Origin: a virus
IMG/VR virus record: IMGVR_UViG_3300036832_000786
Location: 48,651-112,650 of that record
Strand: one strand, 5' to 3'
DNA length: 64,000 nt
Made by a program: the position numbers and the translations under genes. The first letter of the stretch is position 1, and each line of letters opens with the position of its first letter. The notes beneath the pieces were generated by a model, which was not told the origin of the DNA, did no database searches, and saw only the letters and a list, made by a program, of their open reading frames with translations. Below, one piece after another: positions 9,966-18,592 of the stretch.

Positions 9966-10240
9966 ACCGTCTAAAAGTCACAGAGTCAACCGATTTAATC
10001 GAGATGACTAATAGTCAAAGGAAGATCGCTGATATGATATTCAGTGTAGTTGCAAGCGAGCTTGCGGCACAAGGATACAATCCCGGTGATCCTGCTATAG
10101 GATGGAGTCTCGTTGCCATGTTGGGGGCGTATTATAGGGAGACAGGTTGTGATCAAGAATACCGGCGAGTGTTTACGAGACTGATCGAGGCGCAGTTTAA
10201 TCTTGAGGAAAGTGAGTCTCGTATGTGTGGGAGTGACTAA
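9962..10240 (+). CDS. Hypothetical protein
   Basis: Coupled ORF between sbcD and sbcC. Confidence 0.6.
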   Translation: MNRLKVTESTDLIEMTNSQRKIADMIFSVVASELAAQGYNPGDPAIGWSLVAMLGAYYRETGCDQEYRRVFTRLIEAQFNLEESESRMCGSD

Positions 10241-12087
10241 TGCCCTTACTGAGCCTGAAGAAACTGACGGTGACCAACTTCCGGGCGGTGACAAGCACTG
10301 TCGAGGTCGATTTCGACCAGCCGCCCGGTCTGTACTTTGTCGCCGGGCGTAATGAATCACGCCCACGGCTGGGAGCAAACGATGCTGGTAAATCTACCCT
10401 GTTCTGCGAAGCCCTTTCTTGGTTGCTCCAAGCGCGCACTAGCCGCTCCAACCGACCCGGTGCCGATATCGTCAACTGGTACGCTGACGGTAACACTGCC
10501 GGTGTCACGGGAGTGTTTGTGCTTGATGGTGTCACGCACGTACTGGAACGATACCGTAATCCAAGCCGCCTCACCCTCGATGGTCGCACCGTCGAGCAAC
10601 GCGATATCGATCAGTTACTACCGTTATCAGACACCGCGCTAAGACGTACCCTATTGATTGATCAGTTTGGCACCATGTTTATGGGGCTGCGGCCGGAAGA
10701 GAAGTCACGAATATTCTCCGAGACACTGAGCCTTGACAAGTGGATCAAGGCATCCGATGGCGCGGGCCGCAAGGTGACCGATACCGAGCGGGCGATCCAG
10801 CGGTTGGAACAGGAATTGGCAGTCACCACCGGTACCCTGGCGGAAGTCACCGATCAACGCGAGGCAGCGGTAGACTGCGAAACAAAATTCGAGATTGAGC
10901 AACTCGCCGCGATCAGGCGGTTAAGGCTTGAGGTGCGCGATGCCGAAGCGGCCCGCGCGAAGTCCGAAGCAGTGTTGAACGCCGCGCGCGCGGAGTTCGC
11001 GGAGTTCTCTGGTGACGACCTGCGGGAACTGGAAGACTACCGCGCCACGGAGCGTAAACTGATCCGCACTATCGCCACTACCGAACAGGATGCAGCGAAC
11101 GGCGCGGAGAAGATTGTGGCGTTGCAGCGGGAGTTGCGCAGGTACACCGATGCAAAGGGTGTCTGTCCTGAATGTGGCCAGGAGGTGAGTGACGAGCACA
11201 TTGCCGAGAAAGCCGCCGGGGTGCGCAAGAGGATTAAGGAGGCGAGGGTGGAACTAGCGGAGCACAGTAAAGCATTTGCCGAGTTACCGGCAGAGCTTGA
11301 AGCGGTGCGGGTTGCGATCAGTCAGTTCGAACAGGCGCTCGCGGGGTACCAGAAGGCACAAAGCGCGGTGTCGGTCGCCGCCGGGCAGTCGATCCACGAC
11401 ACCCGCGAGATGCACCGGCTGAACAAGTTACTGAAAGAAACGACAGAACAGGATAACCCGTTCAATGATCAGTGTGACAAGCTCGATGCGCGGCTGACTG
11501 AGTTACGCGATACCCGTAAGCGGCAACGTAGCGAGTTGAACGAGGCGCGCCGGTTAATGGCGGTGTATGTGTTCTGGCAGAACGGGTTTCGCGAGATACG
11601 GCTCGACCAGATCGACACCACGCTGATGGAACTGGAACTGGCAGCAAACCGTCACAGTGAGTCACTCGGCTTGGATGACTGGGAGATACAGTTCGCCACC
11701 GAACGCGAAACCGCTTCGGGATCATTGTCACACAAGTTCACTGTGTACCTGTTCCCGCCCGGCCAGGACAAGCCGGTGGATTGGGAGAACTATGCTGGTG
11801 GTGTGTCACAACGGTGGCAGTTGGCAGTGACCAGTGCTCTGGCCGAGATACTGTTAGCGCGTGCTGGTATCGACACCGATTTTGAGATACTCGATGAATG
11901 CTCAACCCATCTTTCGCGGGAAGGTATTGAGGATTTGTTGTCGTGTCTTCGGAATCGTGCCCGCGAACTCAATCGGCGTATCTATTTTATAGACCATCAT
12001 ATGCTTGATCATGGTGCGTTTGACGGTGTGTGTACTGTGGCGAGAACAAATGATGGTGTGACTCTGGAATGGAGTGGCGGCGTATGA
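10240..12087 (+). CDS. sbcC: Rad50/SbcC-like ATPase
   Basis: NFR, Walker A GANDAGKS, coiled coil with CPECGQ zinc hook, signature YAGGVSQR, ILDE, IDH. Confidence 0.9.
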   Translation: MPLLSLKKLTVTNFRAVTSTVEVDFDQPPGLYFVAGRNESRPRLGANDAGKSTLFCEALSWLLQARTSRSNRPGADIVNWYADGNTAGVTGVFVLDGVTHVLERYRNPSRLTLDGRTVEQRDIDQLLPLSDTALRRTLLIDQFGTMFMGLRPEEKSRIFSETLSLDKWIKASDGAGRKVTDTERAIQRLEQELAVTTGTLAEVTDQREAAVDCETKFEIEQLAAIRRLRLEVRDAEAARAKSEAVLNAARAEFAEFSGDDLRELEDYRATERKLIRTIATTEQDAANGAEKIVALQRELRRYTDAKGVCPECGQEVSDEHIAEKAAGVRKRIKEARVELAEHSKAFAELPAELEAVRVAISQFEQALAGYQKAQSAVSVAAGQSIHDTREMHRLNKLLKETTEQDNPFNDQCDKLDARLTELRDTRKRQRSELNEARRLMAVYVFWQNGFREIRLDQIDTTLMELELAANRHSESLGLDDWEIQFATERETASGSLSHKFTVYLFPPGQDKPVDWENYAGGVSQRWQLAVTSALAEILLARAGIDTDFEILDECSTHLSREGIEDLLSCLRNRARELNRRIYFIDHHMLDHGAFDGVCTVARTNDGVTLEWSGGV

Positions 12088-12159
12088 CCGAAACCTGGAA
12101 ACCCATTCCCGATTGGCCTTGGTATGAGGCTGGTGACCAAGGTCGGATAAAACGTAACA

Positions 12160-12388
12160 ACAGACACAAGATGTCGGAACGGAGTCGTAAGAATTGACAG
12201 ACACAAGTGTGATGAACGAGTCACGAAGATCGATAGAAACAAATAATGTGAATGAGCTAAGACCCAATGACAGACACAAAGCAGATGAGCGAGTCACTGA
12301 TCTAGACCTGAAACACTTGGAGAGAGCGAACCAACCAAGTTGAAAGACACATGTCGCCAGAGTGCGCCCTTTCGGGCGGGAGACGCAC
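12160..12388 (+). repeat. TIGR-like dual-repeat array, segment 2 (~6 units)
   Basis: Loop repeats at 12160, 12197, 12233, 12270, 12306 and 12343 (36-37 nt period) alternate with edge repeats such as aacgagtca, agcgagtca and agcgaacca. Confidence 0.88.
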
Positions 12389-12604
12389 TGACTTGTAAAC
12401 ATGGAAGATTCTGGCGTTCCTGCCTACGTTGTAAAAAACTTGTTGCGTGGAGGAACCTGGATCGATTGAAATGGATACAAGCCCAGCCTATCGAGAGTAC
12501 GCCGCCCCCGGTGTAGAAGAAGGTTTGCTCCGAGGGATGTTCTTTGGTATTCTGATCGAAGGCATCACGGCTGGGGTGGTGTGGGCTTTGGTCACTATTA
12601 TTCC

Positions 12605-13135
12605 ATGAAGAGTGGCGGGGGCAAGGAGAAGGGCGCGCGCAATGAGCGCCGCTTGAGCCGCGAGCTATCGTTACTGATTTCCAATGGTGAGCGCGACGAC
12701 TTGCTTTGGAGAAGTGCGATGAGCGGGGGTACCGCCACCGCCGGTAAGCGCATGGGCGCTACCAGAGGTGCACAGGCCGGTGACTTAAGTTCGATCGACG
12801 GCACTAGTCACTGGCTGGTGCGCGATTGGTATATCGAGGCCAAACACTACCGCGATCTTCAGATACTGCGTGGCTTGCTGGTGAACACCGGCAGGCTGCA
12901 TCGGTTCTGGTTGAAGACGGTGAAGGAGGCGAGTCACTACGGTAAGCGCCCGATGTTGATTGCCAAACAGAACCGGTTACCGGAATTGTTGATTGTCACT
13001 AAAGGTCAGCGGCTGAGCACGATTATCCGGTCACCGGTTATCACCCTGCCAAACTGGAACGCGGATGTCTACCTGTTTGCCGGGGTGGAACTGACACCCG
13101 TTGTGCACAAGCATCGGGTGATGTTGGAGTGTTAA
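12605..13135 (+). CDS. Holliday junction resolvase (Hjc-like PD-(D/E)XK nuclease)
   Basis: KGARNER..RSAMSGG..GDL..IEAK..P.LIAKQNR. Probable start is ATG 12605. Confidence 0.8.
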   Translation: MKSGGGKEKGARNERRLSRELSLLISNGERDDLLWRSAMSGGTATAGKRMGATRGAQAGDLSSIDGTSHWLVRDWYIEAKHYRDLQILRGLLVNTGRLHRFWLKTVKEASHYGKRPMLIAKQNRLPELLIVTKGQRLSTIIRSPVITLPNWNADVYLFAGVELTPVVHKHRVMLEC

Positions 13136-13322
13136 ACCAGCACCAATGAATGAAACAATCGACTAGAGTGAACCACCTACTGAGATAGACATAAATGTTC
13201 TGGGTGAACCAAGGCAAAGGATTAGACACATACGCGAAGAGTGAACCCTAGACCATGATTTGAAACAGCCGCTGGGAGTGAGCCAACTGACACGAAGGGA
13301 AGCAAAAGGAGGGAGTGACTTG
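13131..13322 (+). repeat. TIGR-like dual-repeat array, segment 3 (5 units)
   Basis: Edge repeats at 13131, 13167, 13203, 13240, 13277 and 13314; loops aatgaaaca, atagacata, attagacaca, atttgaaaca, aagggaagca. Confidence 0.88.
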
Positions 13323-13324
13323 CG

Positions 13325-13597
13325 ATGGCGGGCAAGGGTAGACCCTCGAACTGGACGCAGGGGCAGGTGACACTGTTGCAGGCTTGCGCGCAGTATGGCT
13401 ACACCATGCCGTACACTGCTAAGTTACTCAGTATGACGGTACCGGCGGTGGGGATGAAGGCGCACAGGTTAGGCATCAAGTTCCACGGCAAAGCCGGCGC
13501 ACCGCAGGGTAACATCAACCGTAGACTATACTTGCTGCGCCAGGAGATAGAGGATACTCTAGCGCGTGACCAAGCCAAGTACGGTTTAGTCGGGTAG
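13325..13597 (+). CDS. Small HTH-like DNA-binding protein
   Basis: WT..Q...L..A..L....AV..KAHRLGI pattern; AAGGAGG RBS lies in the last array spacer. Confidence 0.65.
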   Translation: MAGKGRPSNWTQGQVTLLQACAQYGYTMPYTAKLLSMTVPAVGMKAHRLGIKFHGKAGAPQGNINRRLYLLRQEIEDTLARDQAKYGLVG

Positions 13598-13885
13598 TCA
13601 TACAGGGAAATAGACACAAAATCGGAGAACGAGCCAAGCCTGTAGACAGACACAAACAAACGGAACGAGTCAACCCGCTAGAAGAGACACAAACGAGTTG
13701 AACGAGTCAGGTGCGCAGTAGAGAAACAAATAAGCGAACGAGCCAGTATTGCTGATAGACACAAAAACAGGGAGCGAGCCATCTGGCTGGGTAGATGCAG
13801 TAACAATGAGTGAACCAAATCTCGGACAGACACAATCGAGTTGAGCGAGTCATAAAACGGGAGTAGAATCAACAGCATAGAACGG
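13592..13885 (+). repeat. TIGR-like dual-repeat array, segment 4 (8 units)
   Basis: Edge repeats at 13592, 13628, 13664, 13701, 13737, 13773, 13809 and 13844; loops of the A(C/T)AGACACA type. Confidence 0.9.
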
Positions 13886-13887
13886 GG

Positions 13888-13915
13888 TTGCCAGACCGGT
13901 TCCCGGCTCTATAAT
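13888..13915 (+). promoter_or_regulatory. Putative sigma70 promoter
   Basis: TTGCCA-N16-TATAAT. Confidence 0.55.
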
Positions 13916-13958
13916 AGGTCACGCGGCAACGCGCGGTGTTAAAGGGGGTAAGTACCTA

Positions 13959-14093
13959 ATGGCGGCGCGCCGAGTACCTGCCGCGCTTGTATCTTTCGGA
14001 ACAAATGGCGGTACATCGCAACCGACAAGCTGTGGTGTACTTGTTCCCCACAGTGGGATATGGGCGCACCGCATGCAGCCGTGGTCACCGTAA
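13959..14093 (+). CDS. Small ORF (44 aa) between array segments
   Basis: AAGGGGG RBS-like sequence, ATG 13959 to TAA 14093 (MAARRVPAALVSFG...). Confidence 0.3.
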   Translation: MAARRVPAALVSFGTNGGTSQPTSCGVLVPHSGIWAHRMQPWSP

Positions 14094-14125
14094 GGGCAGG
14101 CGGGGTGACACAGTCGGATGATATG

Positions 14126-14259
14126 GCAGAAACAGTAAACGAGAGCGAGTCACGATATATGACAGACACAATGTATCGGAACGAGCCAACGGCTTAACAG
14201 ACGCAAACACGGTGAGTGAACCAGATTCTATGACAGACACATACTCTATGGGTGACCTA
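14126..14259 (+). repeat. TIGR-like dual-repeat array, segment 5 (~4 units)
   Basis: gcagaaaca-gtaaacgag-agcgagtca-cgatatatg-acagacaca-atgtatcgg-aacgagcca...agtgaacca-gattctatg-acagacaca-tactctatg-ggtgaccta(tg). Confidence 0.87.
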
Positions 14260-14453
14260 TGACACGCCGTATCATCCGGCTCTATGTTTCGGAAGGTCAC
14301 TACACCAGCGCCGTTTACGCGCGATGCGACGACGACACCATTTGGAAACTGAGTCACTACAGTGACGCCCCGCATTATCGCTGGCAGAAGATTCCACCGA
14401 TCCCACAGGACGAAGAACCAACGGATATTGACAGACACAAGGACCGGGAGTGA
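14259..14453 (+). CDS. Small hypothetical protein embedded in the array
   Basis: YARCDDDTIWKL..WQKIPPIPQ. The start overlaps a terminal edge repeat and the stop lies in the next edge repeat. Confidence 0.6.
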   Translation: MTRRIIRLYVSEGHYTSAVYARCDDDTIWKLSHYSDAPHYRWQKIPPIPQDEEPTDIDRHKDRE

Positions 14454-14720
14454 CCCATCCATCCGGACAGACACACTGATCGCAGAGTGAACCACTCCTG
14501 TTGATTAGACACGCATCGCCAGAGTGAGCCAACCCGCAGACAATGATGCCGGCTCGAACCCTCAGTGCCGATAGACGCAGACTACCAGTGTGACCCATCT
14601 TCGCAGATAGACACAAAATAGCAGAGTGAACCAAGTTGCCGGACAGACACAAGGACGTAGACGTGAACCATTCATTAAGACTAGACACAATGGATAGGAG
14701 TGTCACCGGAGAGTGACCCA
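14412..14720 (+). repeat. TIGR-like dual-repeat array, segment 6 (~8 units, one degenerate)
   Basis: acagacaca/atagacaca alternate with agtgaccca/agtgaacca/agtgagcca at about 36-37 nt. Confidence 0.87.
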
Positions 14721-14908
14721 TGATCGAGATACAGAGGGACGGTAAGTTCCGGGTACGCCTAAGTCACGATGAGCGGATCGAAGTGACCAATATTGACACC
14801 AGGGAACTGGCTGAACAGATCGACAAAGCCCTTCACGAAGCCTACCATCGTGGTACGTTGTCACCGACAATGCGACCGCCGCGACGGCGTGGTGATGATG
14901 ACGGTTAG
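14720..14908 (+). CDS. Small hypothetical protein
   Basis: GGAG RBS; ATG is fused to the last edge repeat (agtgacccATG). Confidence 0.55.
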   Translation: MIEIQRDGKFRVRLSHDERIEVTNIDTRELAEQIDKALHEAYHRGTLSPTMRPPRRRGDDDG

Positions 14909-15110
14909 ATGACAAGCTCCAAGGGGGCCGCCCGATTTTGTCCTTTGGGTTGGGCTGGTCCCTGTTGAGGCCCGTGGCCCGGTGCGGGTGGAGAGACACT
15001 GGGTATTTCACTAAAATCGTGGAAACTTTGTTTCCGTTTGCAATGAGTTTACACCGATCCGCATTTGTGGATAATGCCCCCGGTGTAGATTTGTCAGTTG
15101 GGTGTAGGGG

Positions 15111-16004
15111 ATGCCGGACGACCATCGCCATCGGGTGTTGATCGAGAGCCTTGCCCAGTCCAAGCCTAGGGTGACGCTGGATGAGTTGCCGGTGCCGTAT
15201 GAGGGCAGGCTGTTAAATGAGGGGGTGAGCAAGCGCGAGGAGACTTTCCTGCGGCACTGGGTGACGAGTTATGGCCGGCCGATGGAGAGCGCCATTGCCG
15301 CCGGTTATCTCGCTCCTACCGCTCGCCAGAAGGCGTATGACCTCCTCGCCTCGCCGCGTATCCAACGCCGTCTGGCCGAGATCGAACGGGAGTTGATGGT
15401 CGGCACCAATATCGATGCCGAGAACCTATTTCGCGAGATCGTGGTGACCAACCTGCGGCTCGCCAGGGCACGCGTGCCGGTCCAGGTGTGGAACCCGCCG
15501 TGCCGGTATTGTTATGGTACCAACCACGAATACCAACGGACCCACGCCGAGTTCGAAGGCGACTTTGACGCCCATATCAGCAAGCCGATCAAGATCAATA
15601 AGCACACCGGCAAACCGTACCGAATACCGTTGTTTGATCCCAAGGGTGGCAGTGGTTACGATGAGACACTGCCGCCGCATCCCGAATGCCCGCAGTGTCG
15701 GGGTGATGGTGACACTAAGCACCCGGTAGTGCGGTTTAAGGATTCCAGGTTTTTTACCGCTGAGGAGCGCGAGTTGTTTAATGGCGCGGAGGTGACAAGC
15801 CAGGGTGTCAAGACCCTGTGGAAGGATCAGGCGCAGGCCAGGAACTTTCTCAACGACCTCGCGCTACGGATGACCGAACACCGCCGACCGGAGGATGCGA
15901 TCGACATTACCGAGATGTCAGCGGAGCGGCTGAAACAGTTCCTTGAGTTCGCCAGGGACCAGGGTTTTGATGTCGACCCCGAAGCCCTGGAGGATGCCGA
16001 GTGA
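15111..16004 (+). CDS. terS: Terminase small subunit with Zn-binding insertion
   Basis: F...W......SAIAAGY...ARQKAYDLL..P.IQ TerS N-terminus; CRYC and CPQCRGDG; upstream of TerL. Confidence 0.8.
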   Translation: MPDDHRHRVLIESLAQSKPRVTLDELPVPYEGRLLNEGVSKREETFLRHWVTSYGRPMESAIAAGYLAPTARQKAYDLLASPRIQRRLAEIERELMVGTNIDAENLFREIVVTNLRLARARVPVQVWNPPCRYCYGTNHEYQRTHAEFEGDFDAHISKPIKINKHTGKPYRIPLFDPKGGSGYDETLPPHPECPQCRGDGDTKHPVVRFKDSRFFTAEERELFNGAEVTSQGVKTLWKDQAQARNFLNDLALRMTEHRRPEDAIDITEMSAERLKQFLEFARDQGFDVDPEALEDAE

Positions 16005-16008
16005 CTCA

Positions 16009-16620
16009 ATGTCGAGTGGTGACGAGGGTCGCCCAGCGGGGATACTCCATCGGCTTCTGGGTTACGCAGATAAGCCGTGGAAGGCGATTGTTGTCATCAT
16101 CGGGGCGATGTTGGCGGGTGGCGGTTTTGTCATCTGGGATTTGCGTCACGAATTGTTTGAGTACTGGCGACAGTCACCGGCCGAGCTTAATGTCGCGATG
16201 TTACCAGAGGTGCTCAAGGATATTCAACGTGACACCAGTGCGGATTTGATCGGGGCGTGGTCAGTTGATCTAAAGTTCAATTCCGAGTATTTTCTGGCAG
16301 GCCGGTACGCGGATGGCAAGGTGTGGGAGTTTAAGCCGGCACGCGCACCGTTGCTTGCCGATAAGACACCAACCGGTTTAGTGATTCGTTTGCTTTCGGG
16401 ACAACCCATCTGTGGTAATGTCGAGGAGGGTGTCAGCCTCTTGGTCAAGGCGATGGAAGTTGCAGGGATGGACCGTGTGTGTCTGATCCCGGTACCGCCG
16501 GAACGCCGCGAACAATTGTTGGCGATGCTCGCGATCGGCTGGATCAAGGCATATCCACCAGATTATGAGGCGGCGGTGATCGACGGAGCGACACAGACGG
16601 CGATCAGGTTGCGCAAGTGA
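16009..16620 (+). CDS. T4 gpT-like holin (N-terminal TM helix plus periplasmic GAF-like domain)
   Basis: Single TM helix followed by VIWDLRHELFEYWRQS, SADLIGAWS, DKT, LLSGQ and AMLAIGW, resembling the layout of T4 holin T as recalled. Confidence 0.55.
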   Translation: MSSGDEGRPAGILHRLLGYADKPWKAIVVIIGAMLAGGGFVIWDLRHELFEYWRQSPAELNVAMLPEVLKDIQRDTSADLIGAWSVDLKFNSEYFLAGRYADGKVWEFKPARAPLLADKTPTGLVIRLLSGQPICGNVEEGVSLLVKAMEVAGMDRVCLIPVPPERREQLLAMLAIGWIKAYPPDYEAAVIDGATQTAIRLRK

Positions 16621-16765
16621 CAGTTACACCGCCCGCGTGTGTCATCGTCGCGCGGGTGTGTGGGGGCGGGATACTGTCATGGCTTCGTGGCAGTATAGGG
16701 AGTGGGTCTAATATCCTGGTGCGGAAGAAGCCGCCGCACTGTAACTCAGAAGTAGGAGCGTAAAT

Positions 16766-17404
16766 ATGGCAGGAGTTCCTGTTGTTATTCGCGGCCGGAT
16801 GTATCGTACCGGTTTGCACGTTGGTGGCGGTCCAATGCCGGGTGGTCCGCGTCCCGAGCATCCTATTGCGCCGGGTGGCCCTGGTGAGTCACCTCCAGGT
16901 ATCTGGGGTGGTGTACCACCGGAATACGTCGACATCGGCCTACCCGGTGACCAACCGTATCCCGATCAAGGGCTGCCACCGTTTCCGTCTCATCCTATCG
17001 TCATTCCACCGGAGTTCATCGCGGATGTTCATCCCGAACATCCGATCGTGATCCCACCGCCGCCGCAGCCCCCATTGGGCTTCTGGGGCGGGCGTCCACC
17101 GGAGTATGTCGATATCGGTGGACCGGGACCACAGCCGGGACCGTCACACCCGATTGTGATCCCGCCGGATATCGGTATCTGGCCACCCGATGCCAAACCC
17201 GAACATCCGATCGTGATTCCGCCGCCGACGCCGACCTACCCGCCACGACCGACGCATCCGATCGTGCTCCCGCCCGATGCACCACCGGAAGTGCTCGACA
17301 AGTGGGATGTGGTCGCCTACTGGACACCCACGAACGGTTGGGGCGTCGCCATTGTTCCCGGTGAGGGTCACGACTCTCCCATCGTGACGCCATCGGCGGA
17401 ATAG
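16766..17404 (+). CDS. Proline-rich repeat protein (P(E/S/T)HPIVIPP and WGGxPPEYVDIG repeats)
   Basis: AGGAG RBS, internal repeats, and a terminator downstream. Confidence 0.75.
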   Translation: MAGVPVVIRGRMYRTGLHVGGGPMPGGPRPEHPIAPGGPGESPPGIWGGVPPEYVDIGLPGDQPYPDQGLPPFPSHPIVIPPEFIADVHPEHPIVIPPPPQPPLGFWGGRPPEYVDIGGPGPQPGPSHPIVIPPDIGIWPPDAKPEHPIVIPPPTPTYPPRPTHPIVLPPDAPPEVLDKWDVVAYWTPTNGWGVAIVPGEGHDSPIVTPSAE

Positions 17405-17416
17405 TCTCTAGGGTTA

Positions 17417-17445
17417 TTGAGTGCTGAGGGGGTCGGGCGTATACT
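17417..17445 (+). promoter_or_regulatory. Putative promoter for array segment 7, overlapping the terminator
   Basis: TTGAGT-N17-TATACT, 25 nt upstream of the first edge repeat. Confidence 0.45.
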
Positions 17446-17463
17446 CTGCGCCCGACCCTTTTT
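17430..17463 (+). terminator. Rho-independent terminator
   Basis: GGGTCGGGCG / CGCCCGACCC stem followed by TTTTT. Confidence 0.8.
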
Positions 17464-17470
17464 ATGAGGT

Positions 17471-17769
17471 AGTGAACCCTATGCGGGGATGGAAACATGT
17501 AATGTGAGTGAACCCACAGCAAGATAAGACACAACGTAGGGAAGTGAACCCTTGACCACGATTATAGAAACATGTGGGCGTAGTGAACCGAGTACCTAGA
17601 TCGAAACATAGTAGGGTAGTGAACCATTCGGCCTGACAGACACCAAACGAGTGAGTGACTCATTACAATGACAGACACAGACAAGTGAAGGAGCCAGCCG
17701 GTTGAACAGACACATGCGTCAAGAGTGAACCGTGGAAGTGGAACAGACACATAATAGGAAAGTGACACC
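17471..17769 (+). repeat. TIGR-like dual-repeat array, segment 7 (8 units)
   Basis: agtgaaccc/agtgaacca edges alternate with atggaaaca/ataagacaca/acagacaca loops. Confidence 0.9.
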
Positions 17770-17876
17770 GGGCTTGCGGCCTTGGTCCGTAGTCCTGCCC
17801 TTTGGCACCACCGGAGGGAAGTGGCAGTGACCTGCCGCCGGGGGTGTGGCGACCGAGCCACGGAGTGTCGGTCGCG

Positions 17877-18268
17877 GCTTAGTCAGTCGGTTGGATTAGA
17901 CACAGAGGGGAGAAACGAGTCATCATAGATGATAGACACAACATACCGGAACGAGTCACAAGCGTTGACTTGAGACGTGTAGCAAGAACGAACCATCCAA
18001 AGCCGGTAGACACAAACACGGTGAGTGAGCCAGAACCCAAGACTGACACAAGATGATGCAGTGAGCCAAGCTTTTGGACAGAAACATACCACGCGTGTGA
18101 ACCATCGAACCGGGATAAGACACATTAGGCGAGAGTGAAGCCAAGACCTCCGAACTGACACATTCAATCTGTGTGAGCCATCCTGACAGACAGACGCATC
18201 GATGGAGTGCGAACCATCTAGGTAGACAGAAGCATGAGTCGAAGAGTATAACCGGTAGTGCGAACCCA
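17877..18268 (+). repeat. TIGR-like dual-repeat array, segment 8 (~10 units)
   Basis: aacgagtca/agtgagcca/tgtgaacca edges alternate with atagacaca/actgacaca/acagaaaca loops. Confidence 0.9.
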
Positions 18269-18286
18269 AACAGGGAGCGACACTAG

Positions 18287-18466
18287 ATGTCCGATCCACG
18301 ACCCGGTGAACACCCAAGTGAACAACCTGGGCAACAACCGCCACCGCAACCAGGGCAACCCCCGCCGCACGATCCGAACGATCCGAACGACCCCAACCGG
18401 CCGCACGATCCGAACGATCCTAACCGGCAATCGCCGCAAGAACCTAATCCGGCGCGGCGCGCGTAA
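18287..18466 (+). CDS. Small Pro/Gln/Asp-rich peptide (59 aa, DPN repeats)
   Basis: AGGGAG RBS; MSDPRPGEHPSEQPGQQPPPQPGQPPPHDPNDPNDPNRPHDPNDPNRQSPQEPNPARRA*. It falls below the ORF-track cutoff. Confidence 0.6.
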   Translation: MSDPRPGEHPSEQPGQQPPPQPGQPPPHDPNDPNDPNRPHDPNDPNRQSPQEPNPARRA

Positions 18467-18474
18467 ACTGAGAT

Positions 18475-18571
18475 TCGGGATAGCGGCTTGCATGCAGCGT
18501 CGGAAACATCCCGATAGAGGACGGAGTAGCAAGTAGGGGTCAGCATGTAACACCGCCGAAACCTACTCCGT
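18475..18571 (+). ncRNA. Putative two-hairpin RNA with loop-loop complementarity upstream of terL
   Basis: Stems TCGGGAT/ATCCCGA and ACGGAGTAG/CTACTCCGT; loops GCGG-C-TTGCATGC and GCATGTAA-CA-CCGC are complementary. Confidence 0.45.
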
Positions 18572-18592
18572 GCCTTGCTTTAGTGACCGACC

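Noticed and set aside
12605-13135. Array-flanked nuclease as the Tas effector
   Set aside because: Its motifs fit an Hjc-like PD-(D/E)XK resolvase typical of phage recombination modules. It is too short and shows no Nop domain.
15066-15074. Perfect DnaA box TGTGGATAA upstream of terS
   Set aside because: A single copy can occur by chance, and it overlaps a possible -10 element (TTTACA-N16-GATAAT). There is no cluster to suggest an origin.
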